A stretch of 64,000 nt of DNA from a virus. The notes under the pieces are model-generated. The model was not told the origin of the DNA. It made no database searches and saw only the letters and a list, made by a program, of their open reading frames with translations. Every line of letters starts with the position of its first letter. Position 1 is the first letter of the stretch. The stretch covers positions 1-64,000 of IMG/VR virus record IMGVR_UViG_3300021376_000030, one strand, 5' to 3'. This document shows, piece after piece, positions 37,259 to 47,143 of this stretch. A program made the position numbers and the translations under genes.

Positions 37259-39085
37259 ATGCCTGAATACGGTAATACAGATACTGATCGATCGCAAACA
37301 TTTGGACGATCTTTAATGAATTATATTAACTCTAAGCTTCCATATCAAAGTTACTCTACTATTGATACCATTAGCAAGCTTAATCCAAAGTACAAGATAT
37401 TTCAAGATACAGGCAGTAGGCGTACCGAGGCATTAGCAAGACAGAGTATTAGCAGTAACTCAGAAATTAATAATCTTGATCCCGCGGGAATTATTGGTCT
37501 GGATAATAATTTTACACAATACATGTATGCAAATATACAGCATGATAAAATTTCAAGATTACGCGATTATCGTGTTATGGCATCATTTTCAGAGGTTGCA
37601 GATGCATTAGATGAGATATGTGATGAAGCTGTTAATAGAGACAAAAATGGTAGAGTTATAAAATTAACTTTTCCTGACTTAGATATTGACGATAAAGATA
37701 AAGAGGTGTTGCAAGGTGAATTTCAGAAATATGTAAATTATTTTGATTTACCCCACAAAGGGTGGGAGTATTTTCGTCAACTTCTTATAGATGGTGAAAT
37801 TTATTTTGAGCACATTATACACAAGAGTTACGAAGAAGAAGGTATTTTAGGTGTTGTTACTATTCCTACAGAATTTGTTGATCCTATTTTCGGTAACGTC
37901 CAGAATATGATGATTAAAGGATATCTTTTAAGAAAGCCAGTTTTTGATAAAACAAATCCAACTAAAATAGTTGACTATGAGATGGTGCCTATGGATAAAA
38001 ACCAAGTCACTTATATTAATTCTGGTATATGGAATGAAAACAGAACTATAAGACTCCCGTTCATAGAAAATGCGAGAAGAGCTTATAGACAGTTAAGCCT
38101 TACTGAGGATGCTATTGTAATTTATCGCTTAGCTAGAGCACCAGAGCGTTTAGTTTTCAACGTTGATGTAGGTAATATGCCCCCGCCTAAGGCTGAGGCG
38201 TATTTAAAGAAACTAATGAATCAATACTGGTCTTCAAAGACATACGATAGTAGTCAAAACTCAGGGGTTGCTGTTAAGAAGTTTAACCCACAATCTATAT
38301 TAGATAATTTCTGGTTTGCTAAAAGGCAAGGCAGCGAGGGTACTAGCGTAACAAGATTAGAAGGCGGTCAAAATTTAGGAAAATTAGAAGACTTAGAATA
38401 TTTTGTAAAAAAGCTTTACAAAAGCTTAAAAGTGCCTGTATCTCGATTAAATGTGGATGATGCTTATAAAGACGATGCAAATATTTTAAGAGAAGAATTA
38501 AAATTTGCAAAGTTTGTAGTAAGAATGCAGCAGAATTTTGCTCAAGGGTTAAAAAATGGGTTCATTACACATTTAAGGTTGCGAGGATTGTGGAAAAAAT
38601 ATGAACTAAGAGAAGATCATTTAGACTTGGAATTTAATGTACCTATTAATTTCTTTGAAATGCGGGAAGCACAGAAGCAAGAAATTAAGACAAATACATT
38701 TCAAAATATCTTACAAGCATCTGATAATATTAGCAAAACATATGCTCTTAAAAAATACATGGATTGGACAGATGTTGAATTACAAGCTAACAGGGAGTTT
38801 ATGCGTAAAGATATGGCTTTTGCGTGGGAGTTAGAGCAAATAAAGGCGGGTGGACCTAGTTGGAAGGAAAATGCAATTGCTGCGGCTGGAGAGGCTGAAG
38901 GTGAATTAGGCAGTGCAGCTGGCGGAGGTGTATCAGGTTCTACACCTCCTGCGTTCGGACCAGCGCCAGGAGGTGAGGCCGAGGCAGGGCCTGTAGCAGC
39001 ACAAGCTGCAGCTGAGCCTGCACCTGTTGAGGGAGGCACTATTCCGGCTCCTACAGGGGCTGCACCGGCTACTCCAGCCGTTTAA
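37259..39085 (+). CDS. portal protein (T4 gp20)
   Basis: YR.MA..EV..A.DEI.DE, L.EDAIVIYRLARAPER.VF.VDVGNMP..KAE.Y, FWF.KR.G..GT.V..L.GG.NL, REELKF.KFV. Confidence 0.97.
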   Translation: MPEYGNTDTDRSQTFGRSLMNYINSKLPYQSYSTIDTISKLNPKYKIFQDTGSRRTEALARQSISSNSEINNLDPAGIIGLDNNFTQYMYANIQHDKISRLRDYRVMASFSEVADALDEICDEAVNRDKNGRVIKLTFPDLDIDDKDKEVLQGEFQKYVNYFDLPHKGWEYFRQLLIDGEIYFEHIIHKSYEEEGILGVVTIPTEFVDPIFGNVQNMMIKGYLLRKPVFDKTNPTKIVDYEMVPMDKNQVTYINSGIWNENRTIRLPFIENARRAYRQLSLTEDAIVIYRLARAPERLVFNVDVGNMPPPKAEAYLKKLMNQYWSSKTYDSSQNSGVAVKKFNPQSILDNFWFAKRQGSEGTSVTRLEGGQNLGKLEDLEYFVKKLYKSLKVPVSRLNVDDAYKDDANILREELKFAKFVVRMQQNFAQGLKNGFITHLRLRGLWKKYELREDHLDLEFNVPINFFEMREAQKQEIKTNTFQNILQASDNISKTYALKKYMDWTDVELQANREFMRKDMAFAWELEQIKAGGPSWKENAIAAAGEAEGELGSAAGGGVSGSTPPAFGPAPGGEAEAGPVAAQAAAEPAPVEGGTIPAPTGAAPATPAV

Positions 39086-39515
39086 TTCGACGTAAAGCAA
39101 ATTTTAATTTCTTAGTTTCGTATAGCCGAGCATCTACTTCTTCTGGAGCAAACCAGTACTTATCATTAACTAATAACATATCTTTTTGAGAATATGTAAA
39201 CTGGGCTTGAAGACGTTGAATTTTATATTGAATAAAATGTCTTAATTCATGTAGTAAATTTCTTACCATTCTTTTAACTTTTTGTTTTTTATTCTTAGTA
39301 TATACATCTATACCTATAGAAATACGGTTATTAACAATATCATAATCGCTATGTATGCCATTTTTTTTAATGTGTATGTATAAAGTCTTATTGGAAGGAT
39401 AGCCTTCCTTATAACATAGATATTTTAAAACATTACACAGTGACTTAAAACACACCTCATGTTTTTTAAGCCAAATATGGGATGGTCTTGAGAATACTAT
39501 ATTCACTTTAACCAA
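39069..39515 (-). CDS. HExxH metallopeptidase-like protein
   Basis: LLHELRHFIQ ... Y...PEEVDAR. Confidence 0.65.
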   Translation of the reverse strand: MVKVNIVFSRPSHIWLKKHEVCFKSLCNVLKYLCYKEGYPSNKTLYIHIKKNGIHSDYDIVNNRISIGIDVYTKNKKQKVKRMVRNLLHELRHFIQYKIQRLQAQFTYSQKDMLLVNDKYWFAPEEVDARLYETKKLKFALRRIKRLE

Positions 39516-40105
39516 ACAGTTGTCGGGTCGAATGCTGTAGTATCAAGAAAATCCCATACTTCATATTGTGGCTTATTATCGACGCTCGCCGCTTTAATAA
39601 GATTATTTAGAAGAGTTTGTAAGTCTTGAATATGCCATACATCATCCAATAAACGTCTACCTGAAGTACGGGTTTTGTGTGCGACATGATCTGCATATGA
39701 ATAAGCAAAACCAGCAAATGGCGGTATCATACAACCAAGGCTTACTAGGTTACCTAAAATTCTAGAACACACTTCTTTACCTCCCACTGAATGCATTGTT
39801 ACAACTGCACATGCAGGTTTACCAACCAAATATTTTGAACCTTCAAGCACTGTCATTTTTTCAAATAAAAGCTGCATAGGTGAACCCCAACTATCCCAAT
39901 ATGTTCCTGTAGCGAAAATTAAACAATCTGCTTTTTTAATATTCCGCTTTACTCCATTCCAACAAAATGTAGGCTGCAAATGAATTGTTTTAACTCTCAC
40001 ATCATCGTGTGTCTTGAGAATCATTTTCTTAATCTTTTTGAGTAGCATAAAAGTATTGCCAGAACGCCCTCCTATGGCTCCGTTAATAACAAGAATATTT
40101 TTCAC
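39503..40105 (-). CDS. NAD(P)H-dependent FMN reductase-like (flavodoxin fold)
   Basis: ILVINGA.GG.SGNT, AD..IFATGTYWDSWGS, GKP. Confidence 0.75.
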   Translation of the reverse strand: MKNILVINGAIGGRSGNTFMLLKKIKKMILKTHDDVRVKTIHLQPTFCWNGVKRNIKKADCLIFATGTYWDSWGSPMQLLFEKMTVLEGSKYLVGKPACAVVTMHSVGGKEVCSRILGNLVSLGCMIPPFAGFAYSYADHVAHKTRTSGRRLLDDVWHIQDLQTLLNNLIKAASVDNKPQYEVWDFLDTTAFDPTTVWLK

Positions 40106-40241
40106 CTATGTATATTATAAATGAAAATTACCATAAAATCAAATACAATCTATAACTATATATAAATCAATAATTTAACTATTTAAATTTAGAACGTTAA
40201 ATTTTATTTGATTTCAGCCTATATATAAGTTATATTATGGT

Positions 40242-40442
40242 ATGGAAACATTCACAGTAGTTATTAAAAACGTGTACGCTACAGATAAAACCAGGTCTAT
40301 TAAAATTAGAGCAGAAGACCATTACTTAGCTCATAAGCAAGGATGTGACGAGAGTAACCAGCTGCGTGAAGATATTATTTCTATTAAAGATAGTCGAAAA
40401 ACAGAAGTGTATAATATTGAAAAAGGCTTCCTTTTCGAATAA
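40242..40442 (+). CDS. hypothetical protein
   Basis: ORF. Confidence 0.5.
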   Translation: METFTVVIKNVYATDKTRSIKIRAEDHYLAHKQGCDESNQLREDIISIKDSRKTEVYNIEKGFLFE

Positions 40443-40476
40443 ATAATAAAAAGACACCCGCAAAGATGAATAAAGA

Positions 40477-40710
40477 ATGAACAGCGTTCAGCTTGTTGTT
40501 ACGGATCAGGGTACGAGCGGGGCATATCACACAAAGTTATTTATTGATGAACAAGAATCCGGCATCCTTTATTTGAATAGCGAGCAGTTTAACTCAATTT
40601 CTAAATTTTTAAAAGATGGATGTAGTCAAAACGGTATTATTTTTTCTGTTGAAAACCCATATGACTTAAGCTATATGGATGATGTGGAAGAGGAAGATTA
40701 TCTAGAATAA
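40477..40710 (+). CDS. hypothetical protein
   Basis: ORF. Confidence 0.5.
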   Translation: MNSVQLVVTDQGTSGAYHTKLFIDEQESGILYLNSEQFNSISKFLKDGCSQNGIIFSVENPYDLSYMDDVEEEDYLE

Positions 40711-40718
40711 ATAATTGG

Positions 40719-40925
40719 GTGAAGAAAACCCAATTGGCAGGAAAAAGTTTCTGTGAAGAATTCTGCTCTCATGTTTATGAGGATAGAACTCATAGTAGTT
40801 TTCTCATCAATGTTGATCATGAATGGTTTGCTACACTCAATAAAGGCATGGAGAAATTAAACTATAAGTTAGTACATTTTACAGAAATGCCGAAATCGTT
40901 GACTTGTGTATACGTAAAAGCTTGA
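40719..40925 (+). CDS. hypothetical protein
   Basis: ORF. Confidence 0.45.
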   Translation: MKKTQLAGKSFCEEFCSHVYEDRTHSSFLINVDHEWFATLNKGMEKLNYKLVHFTEMPKSLTCVYVKA

Positions 40926-40956
40926 CTTATCTTTTTTATCCTGTATCCTATAATAA

Positions 40957-41691
40957 GTGAAAGAAAATAATGTGATACCAGTATTTAATTCGGATCTTCA
41001 CACTTACACAGATCCAAATGATGGGTTTAGGTATACAAGCGTAACTAGATGGATTGACAAATTCAAACCGGTTTTTGATAAACAAGCAAAAGCTGCAAAA
41101 TTGGCCGCAAAGGAAGGTGTATCAATAGATTTCATTCTGGAAGATTGGCAAAGAAAGAAAGAAGAAAGCATCAAATATGGCACTCGCCTTCATAAGGCAT
41201 TAGAATTATTTCACAATACCGGTAATATAGAAGATGAACAATGTAAGATTGTAGTAGATGAATTTAAAAAACTTAAATTAACATTTTCCGAACAAACTTT
41301 TCACGAAAAATTGGTTTACAATAGACAGCTAGGCATTGCGGGAATGGCCGATATTATTACACATAATGATGATAATACTTTTAATGTTTTTGATTTTAAA
41401 ACTAATAAAAGATTTAGATTTCAAACCAAGTTTAGTGATGGTGAATTATTAGCACCTCTTGGTCATTATCCTAATACTGAATATTATCATTACTCTCTCC
41501 AGCTTAGTATGTATGGATACTTGTATAAGAATATGACTGGCTTAGATGTAAAGAGATTAAAAATATATTGGTATGAAAGAAAAGAGCCTGAAAACTACGA
41601 AAACTTTGATGGCTGTTGGCGGGTATTTAATTTACCCTACCTTGAAGATGATATTTTATATTGTTTAAGCAATAATGAAAAAGCGGTATAG
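40957..41691 (+). CDS. PD-(D/E)xK exonuclease (RecB/Cas4-like)
   Basis: SVT, GT.LH..LE, E, IAG.AD, DFKT, Y.LQLS.Y. Confidence 0.85.
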   Translation: MKENNVIPVFNSDLHTYTDPNDGFRYTSVTRWIDKFKPVFDKQAKAAKLAAKEGVSIDFILEDWQRKKEESIKYGTRLHKALELFHNTGNIEDEQCKIVVDEFKKLKLTFSEQTFHEKLVYNRQLGIAGMADIITHNDDNTFNVFDFKTNKRFRFQTKFSDGELLAPLGHYPNTEYYHYSLQLSMYGYLYKNMTGLDVKRLKIYWYERKEPENYENFDGCWRVFNLPYLEDDILYCLSNNEKAV

Positions 41692-42094
41692 TTGGGAAGA
41701 ATACGCTTTACATATTGCAAAGGTAGCCTCACTAAGAAGTGAAGATCCTTATTGTAGAGTTGGAGCATGTGCACTGAGTCATAGCAATAGAGTGCTTGGT
41801 GTATCATATAATGGATTGGTAAGTAAAAAGCGAGTACCAGATACATTTTGGCAGGATAGAGATAAAAGAAGACCTTTTATTATTCATGCAGAGCAAAATC
41901 TATTGAGTTTATTTGGCAGAGGAGAAGCGCGGCTTTTGGCTGTAACTTTATTACCATGCTCAGATTGTGCTAGACTAATATGCAGCTGGAACATACCTGA
42001 AGTCGTTTATCTGCATGATTACAATAGAGATTTAAAAGCAATTGATATTTTTAAATTTTACAACGTTAGACTCAAAAAAATTAGTATAAAATAG
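41675..42094 (+). CDS. dCMP deaminase
   Basis: RSEDP...VGA, YNG, HAEQN, PCSDC. Confidence 0.9.
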   Translation: MKKRYSWEEYALHIAKVASLRSEDPYCRVGACALSHSNRVLGVSYNGLVSKKRVPDTFWQDRDKRRPFIIHAEQNLLSLFGRGEARLLAVTLLPCSDCARLICSWNIPEVVYLHDYNRDLKAIDIFKFYNVRLKKISIK

Positions 42095-42127
42095 TAGAAA
42101 ACCTTGTTTGCTGTATAAATAACGTAT

Positions 42128-42703
42128 ATGGCAATAGCTACTATTTCGGTAAATTTTGCTAGTACAGCTGATATTCAATCTGGTACTAGTTCTGTTGTAA
42201 GCGTTAATCCTGCTAATTTAAAGGCTGCACTGCAAAGTGGTTCAAGTCTTTTTGCATTAACAGTTGGTGCAGCAACTTTTCAAGGAGCGTTAACTGTAAC
42301 TACTGGTGGGTTAACTGTAAATACAGGTGGCGCAACAATTACTGCTGGCGGTTTAACCATCTCAGCAGGCGGATATACAGTAACAGGGGATTCTTTTATA
42401 ACAGGCAAATTACAGGTTACTGATGACGTTGTAGCATTTTCATCTTCTGATGCACGATTAAAGGACAATGTACAAAAAATTGAAAATGCAGTAGAAAAGG
42501 TCAAAAAGCTATCTGGAGTAACATTTGATTGGAAGCCAGAGTCTGGATATTCTGGAAAAGATTATGGAGTTATTGCTCAAGAAGTTGAAAATATTTTACC
42601 TGAAATAGTTGTAACAAGGGATAATGGTTACAAAGCTGTTAATTACGATAAGTTAATTCCTTTACTTATTGAAGCCATAAAAGAACTTAGCAATAAGGTA
42701 TAA
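42128..42703 (+). CDS. short fibre protein with C-terminal S74 intramolecular chaperone
   Basis: SD.RLKDN, GV.FDW, GVIAQEVE..LPE.V, V.Y.KL.PLLIEAIKEL; TATAAATA at 42114-42121. Confidence 0.85.
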   Translation: MAIATISVNFASTADIQSGTSSVVSVNPANLKAALQSGSSLFALTVGAATFQGALTVTTGGLTVNTGGATITAGGLTISAGGYTVTGDSFITGKLQVTDDVVAFSSSDARLKDNVQKIENAVEKVKKLSGVTFDWKPESGYSGKDYGVIAQEVENILPEIVVTRDNGYKAVNYDKLIPLLIEAIKELSNKV

Positions 42704-42709
42704 TTTCCT

Positions 42710-43327
42710 ATGGCTTCTAGCGGCATACCAGTAACAGGAACCGTTAGTATAGGTTCTCAAGCAGGAATAACAAGAAGTGTTAACCTGCTCATGGGTCTTG
42801 CAGCAAGTACCTTAAATTCTAGTCTTAGTGGTCGGGAGCAGCAAGCTATGACTTATATTATCACCTATGGTGTATGTATGCCTGGTGAGCTAGAGAAGAG
42901 TACTATTACCTGGGCACCCACCGGTAATGCTCCTTACGGTACTCCAGGCAATAGCTATCTTCCCGCAAGACTAAGTGAATTTAGAGGTAGTTATAGCTGG
43001 CCACAAATTATTTCAGGAAATCCTATTATCGCATCTAATAATCCAAACCCTCCAGGTCCTGGAAATAGTATATTGACAGTAACCGGTAACGGTTCTCCCG
43101 CTTATATAGGTTCGGGCACACCCTACTTTTTCTATATCCTCGGACCTAGTGGGAGAATTCCAGCATCTGGGTGGAGACAAGCTAACATAAGCTCAGGATC
43201 TGCCACTACGTTTGGGGGTGATGGAACAGGGCTTGCAGTTGGCACATATAATGTTTGGGTTAAAGATTTTGAAGGTTGTGGAACACTAGAAAATATTAAG
43301 ATTACAGCTACTGTATCTTACCCATGA
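42710..43327 (+). CDS. putative fibre-tip/virion protein
   Basis: P.TG..S.., LSEFRG motif typical of genes after S74 fibres. Confidence 0.6.
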   Translation: MASSGIPVTGTVSIGSQAGITRSVNLLMGLAASTLNSSLSGREQQAMTYIITYGVCMPGELEKSTITWAPTGNAPYGTPGNSYLPARLSEFRGSYSWPQIISGNPIIASNNPNPPGPGNSILTVTGNGSPAYIGSGTPYFFYILGPSGRIPASGWRQANISSGSATTFGGDGTGLAVGTYNVWVKDFEGCGTLENIKITATVSYP

Positions 43328-44316
43328 ACAAACCATTATTATTAAAAGCATTATCTAAAGCTTACATTATTCTGAATGTTAAAGAGCTTGAAGGTTTTTC
43401 TATAATTCATGCGTCATTAAATCCTAAAATAGTAGAATTATTTTGCGGTAACCAAACCTATGAGATTAATAATAATAATGAGACAGATGATATTACTTTA
43501 ATAGACCTTAAAAATGAATTACCACTTACAATCAATACATGCAATATTTCAACATTAGATTACCCGGGGTTTCCATTTGAAATCCCCCCTGTTTATATTT
43601 TAAATGAAAGATACGAAGGGCGTATCACAGTTGACGATATTATAAGACTTCAAAAAGAGCCTATTCAAGATTTAAGATATTTGAAAGAAATACAGAAAAG
43701 TAAAAATTCTGAAAATAACATCATAACAAATACAGCTATATACAATCTAAGACTACTCTATCATTATTATAGCAAAGTAGAAAAACTAGACAAAAAACAT
43801 ATATTGTTTAATGATAAGGTCTTAAAGAAATTTAAGAAAAGATTGCCTAAAAAATTCATTTTAGACTCAGAGTTTATTAATCGATTACTAGAAGAAAACA
43901 AATCACTGTTTGATTTTGATGATCAAGAAATACAAAAGCGAATAGGTTATTATAACAGTTTAAGCGACGAATTTTATAGCAAGCGTCTTGGATTTGATGT
44001 AGATAACCTTCTTTCTACTGATAAAGAGATACTTAATAAATGTATAAGCAGATGGAAGGAAATTATTACAGAGCATGCAACTGAGGCTTCTGATACACTA
44101 CAAAAAGAAAAAGAAGTATTTAAAGAAAATAATCCAGAAAACAAAACAGAATTAGAGGAAATAGAATTTGTACAAAATATTTTAAAAAATTGTGCTAATG
44201 ATGTTGATTTTAGTAAATTTAAAACACCTAAAGAAGTTTTTTCGTTTTGGCCCCCTGTATTATATCCCCCGCCTCAGTTTGTACTGGACCCATATCATTG
44301 GGTTTTTAAGAAATAA
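43324..44316 (+). CDS. hypothetical protein with tail-fibre-assembly-like C-terminus
   Basis: C-terminal KTPKEVFSFWPPVLYPPP. Confidence 0.5.
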   Translation: MNKPLLLKALSKAYIILNVKELEGFSIIHASLNPKIVELFCGNQTYEINNNNETDDITLIDLKNELPLTINTCNISTLDYPGFPFEIPPVYILNERYEGRITVDDIIRLQKEPIQDLRYLKEIQKSKNSENNIITNTAIYNLRLLYHYYSKVEKLDKKHILFNDKVLKKFKKRLPKKFILDSEFINRLLEENKSLFDFDDQEIQKRIGYYNSLSDEFYSKRLGFDVDNLLSTDKEILNKCISRWKEIITEHATEASDTLQKEKEVFKENNPENKTELEEIEFVQNILKNCANDVDFSKFKTPKEVFSFWPPVLYPPPQFVLDPYHWVFKK

Positions 44317-45043
44317 TATAGTTATATAAATCTGAGCCAGGGTAAAAATTTTTAACAGTCAAATCCCAGTATATCGTTTTTACATCTTTATTCATATATT
44401 TCCCAAACAAACAAGGTATTACACCAAATAAATTTTGCATATTTTTTACATCTTTTATAATATCTTGTGAACAATTACTCTCTATTATACGATTTACCCA
44501 CAAGCCATAATTATCTGGAAATATCACTATGCATTTGTTAGGATCTAATGTAACTTCTAAATATTTTACATCAGACTCTAGTTGACTAATTTCTGTTTTT
44601 TTAAGAATTTTTTTTATGTCTTCTTTTTCAGTTACATAATAATATCTACGAATAGTATCTTCTACTGATATTCCTTGCTTATATTTTGATAGTGCTATGT
44701 CGTCTAATGAGTCACTGTCAACAAATTTATAATAGTCTTTAAACTTAATGTGAAAATAGCTCTTTATATGATTATTATATTTTTTTAACGCTAAACAATT
44801 GTTAAAGCATCTGTCAGGATCTGCATGTTGAACTAGATTTATATATAAATTCTTGTTTTCTGCAAATGGAAAATCTTTATTTTGAATAGGAGTTTCAATA
44901 TTAAAATATAATTTGGTCGCTACAGGGGTGTTATTTTTATACGTTACACCATAAAGACCAAGCCAGCCATTATCAGAAAAAGAATAATTATATACATTAC
45001 TAATTTTCTGATACCAATTATATAGATCTTTAAAACTATTCAT
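44306..45043 (-). CDS. hypothetical protein
   Basis: 245-aa ORF; recurring K.YF/K.YW strands. Confidence 0.55.
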   Translation of the reverse strand: MNSFKDLYNWYQKISNVYNYSFSDNGWLGLYGVTYKNNTPVATKLYFNIETPIQNKDFPFAENKNLYINLVQHADPDRCFNNCLALKKYNNHIKSYFHIKFKDYYKFVDSDSLDDIALSKYKQGISVEDTIRRYYYVTEKEDIKKILKKTEISQLESDVKYLEVTLDPNKCIVIFPDNYGLWVNRIIESNCSQDIIKDVKNMQNLFGVIPCLFGKYMNKDVKTIYWDLTVKNFYPGSDLYNYIIS

Positions 45044-45822
45044 GTAGTCTTAACTAACTCTGCATATTTACTTGAATGCTTGTTCTTTCCATAACCACTA
45101 CAAACATAGGAATCATTTAATTCATTATCTAAATCATAAGCTACAAATGTATTAGGTAATTCTTTGAAATGAACAGAACTTCCGATCTGCCTATATGCAT
45201 ATGCCATCCAATAAGAATCACCATACCATACTATTTTGCTTAAAATATTATCTTTTATTATCTTGAAGTATTCTTTTGATTTGTCTGTACTTCTTATAAC
45301 CATGCAACCTTCTCTAAAATGTACGTCTAAATTATTTAAGTCTATTATATTACAATCAAAATGTCTGAAATTAAATTTTCTTCTTTCCAAGTCCCTGCCT
45401 TCCATTTTTCCTTTTTTTGAATATTTCAGTAAAATATCAGCATTTGTATCTGTAGTTTCAAAAAAATTGTAGACATCTTTCAATATTAAATTATCTGCAT
45501 CCATGTTTATAACATAATCATATTTAAATAGTAGGTCGTATACATTATAAACCTTTTTTAAATTAGCATAAGCTCCTGCCATGCCTACAAATCTCTCTTT
45601 TAAAATTTCTGATGTTTTGTTTTTTATTAAGATATGTTCTTCAAAAAATACCTGATTAGTATGAGTTACCTCAATATTATTATTTTCTATAATAGCACCA
45701 GGAGAGTTTATAATATCTATATTAGCAAAACATCTAGGTGCATTTTTATTAAGGGTATCTAAGCTTTTTTTAAGGTAGGGTAAGTATGCAGCATCACAGC
45801 TATAGGAAAAGCATATCTTCAT
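45040..45822 (-). CDS. GT-A fold nucleotide-diphospho-sugar transferase
   Basis: D..Y, MDAD motif, G.M, WYGD. Confidence 0.65.
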   Translation of the reverse strand: MKICFSYSCDAAYLPYLKKSLDTLNKNAPRCFANIDIINSPGAIIENNNIEVTHTNQVFFEEHILIKNKTSEILKERFVGMAGAYANLKKVYNVYDLLFKYDYVINMDADNLILKDVYNFFETTDTNADILLKYSKKGKMEGRDLERRKFNFRHFDCNIIDLNNLDVHFREGCMVIRSTDKSKEYFKIIKDNILSKIVWYGDSYWMAYAYRQIGSSVHFKELPNTFVAYDLDNELNDSYVCSGYGKNKHSSKYAELVKTT

Positions 45823-45825
45823 ATT

Positions 45826-47112
45826 CTATTTAACTTGTTTTCCGTAAATACAATTTCTACAAATTATCGATTCTGATTCATCATTAAACCCTCTCAAAAA
45901 TTTACCATAATTTTCACTATTATAAATATCATCATAGGTACCGGTAATTAAATTACCTAATACATGCTGCTTCTCCACATCCATACAACATAGTACCACA
46001 TCACCATCTGGGGTTATCATTTGACGCCTATATAGGCCCACAGAACAGTATATCTTGCCCGCTAGTCCTTTATTTTGTCTTGGAGCATCATATTTGATAG
46101 GGGCATTTATCCTAGTATGGGGAATACACACCTCAAATACATGATCTAATTCATTTTTGTTTATTAATTCCTTGATACGGCTATCAATGTTTTTACCTAA
46201 AAACGAAAATCTATTATCAACTACTATATTATTAGTTTTATATTGTTTATTCATTTGTGAAAAAAATTTATCTATTATATTATAATAGTTGTCGCTGTTT
46301 GTCTTATATGACATAAATTCATCTCTTAGGTGTAAGCATCTTCCAGTCCAATATTTTTCATTTAAAAAAAGATCTATATTCTCAGGATAATCTTCTGGTA
46401 TGGTAGTAGCGATGTTCAATCTATGGCCTTTTTGATAGCTATACTCTATTACGTCTACCAACTTATCATATTGAAGAGGGTCGCAAAACCCTGCAAATAC
46501 TAAACCAACCTCTTTTGGTATTTTATCTAAAATTAATTTAAATCTATCCACGGACATATATTTTTCAGATGATGCCTTATGAAGTGTGGCATGGGGGCAA
46601 TAGGAACAATTTACACTACACCCAGTAAATAGTGAAAATTCTAAAGTAATAAAAGGGTCTCGCCCCCATCTAGTAAGATTATCATCTTTGATATTGAAAA
46701 CATAATACGGGTATGGAATTTCTTTTCTACCAGCATAAACAAAAGGATTAGGTGAGAGCATTACAGGCCAGTCATTTAAAAGTTCAAAAGGAGTTTTTGC
46801 TTTAGTATTATAGTTTTTTATTTGATAAAAAGTTTTCTCTAAAAAAGCATAATCATCATCAGAATCCACATTCGCTTTATAGTAATCTAATGTGCGGTGT
46901 ATTACCTTGTCAATAACACCATTAAAAATGGTTTTAGCATTATTAATGTATTCTTCTTTATGTAACATACTCTCTAAATTAAATCCAAATAACAACAAAG
47001 ACAGAGCGACATTTACATCTTTTTGGACAGCTAAATTAGCCCAGGAATAAGGGTAATTAATATTAAATTCTTTGCTAATACCTTCAATATATTTGTATTC
47101 AGCAAGTTGCAT
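45826..47112 (-). CDS. radical SAM/SPASM protein with extra N-terminal domain
   Basis: CSVNCSYC; C-terminal C..DGDVVLCCMD..LGNL..CRNC. Confidence 0.85.
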   Translation of the reverse strand: MQLAEYKYIEGISKEFNINYPYSWANLAVQKDVNVALSLLLFGFNLESMLHKEEYINNAKTIFNGVIDKVIHRTLDYYKANVDSDDDYAFLEKTFYQIKNYNTKAKTPFELLNDWPVMLSPNPFVYAGRKEIPYPYYVFNIKDDNLTRWGRDPFITLEFSLFTGCSVNCSYCPHATLHKASSEKYMSVDRFKLILDKIPKEVGLVFAGFCDPLQYDKLVDVIEYSYQKGHRLNIATTIPEDYPENIDLFLNEKYWTGRCLHLRDEFMSYKTNSDNYYNIIDKFFSQMNKQYKTNNIVVDNRFSFLGKNIDSRIKELINKNELDHVFEVCIPHTRINAPIKYDAPRQNKGLAGKIYCSVGLYRRQMITPDGDVVLCCMDVEKQHVLGNLITGTYDDIYNSENYGKFLRGFNDESESIICRNCIYGKQVK

Positions 47113-47143
47113 AAAATATTTAAAAACAATAAGTACTTATTCA

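Noticed and set aside
38860-39085. GC-rich stretch and antisense ORF 38701-39039
   Set aside because: Explained by the Ala/Pro/Gly low-complexity portal C-tail
40957-41691. Cas4-like gene as a CRISPR system
   Set aside because: No repeats or other cas genes; common stand-alone phage exonuclease
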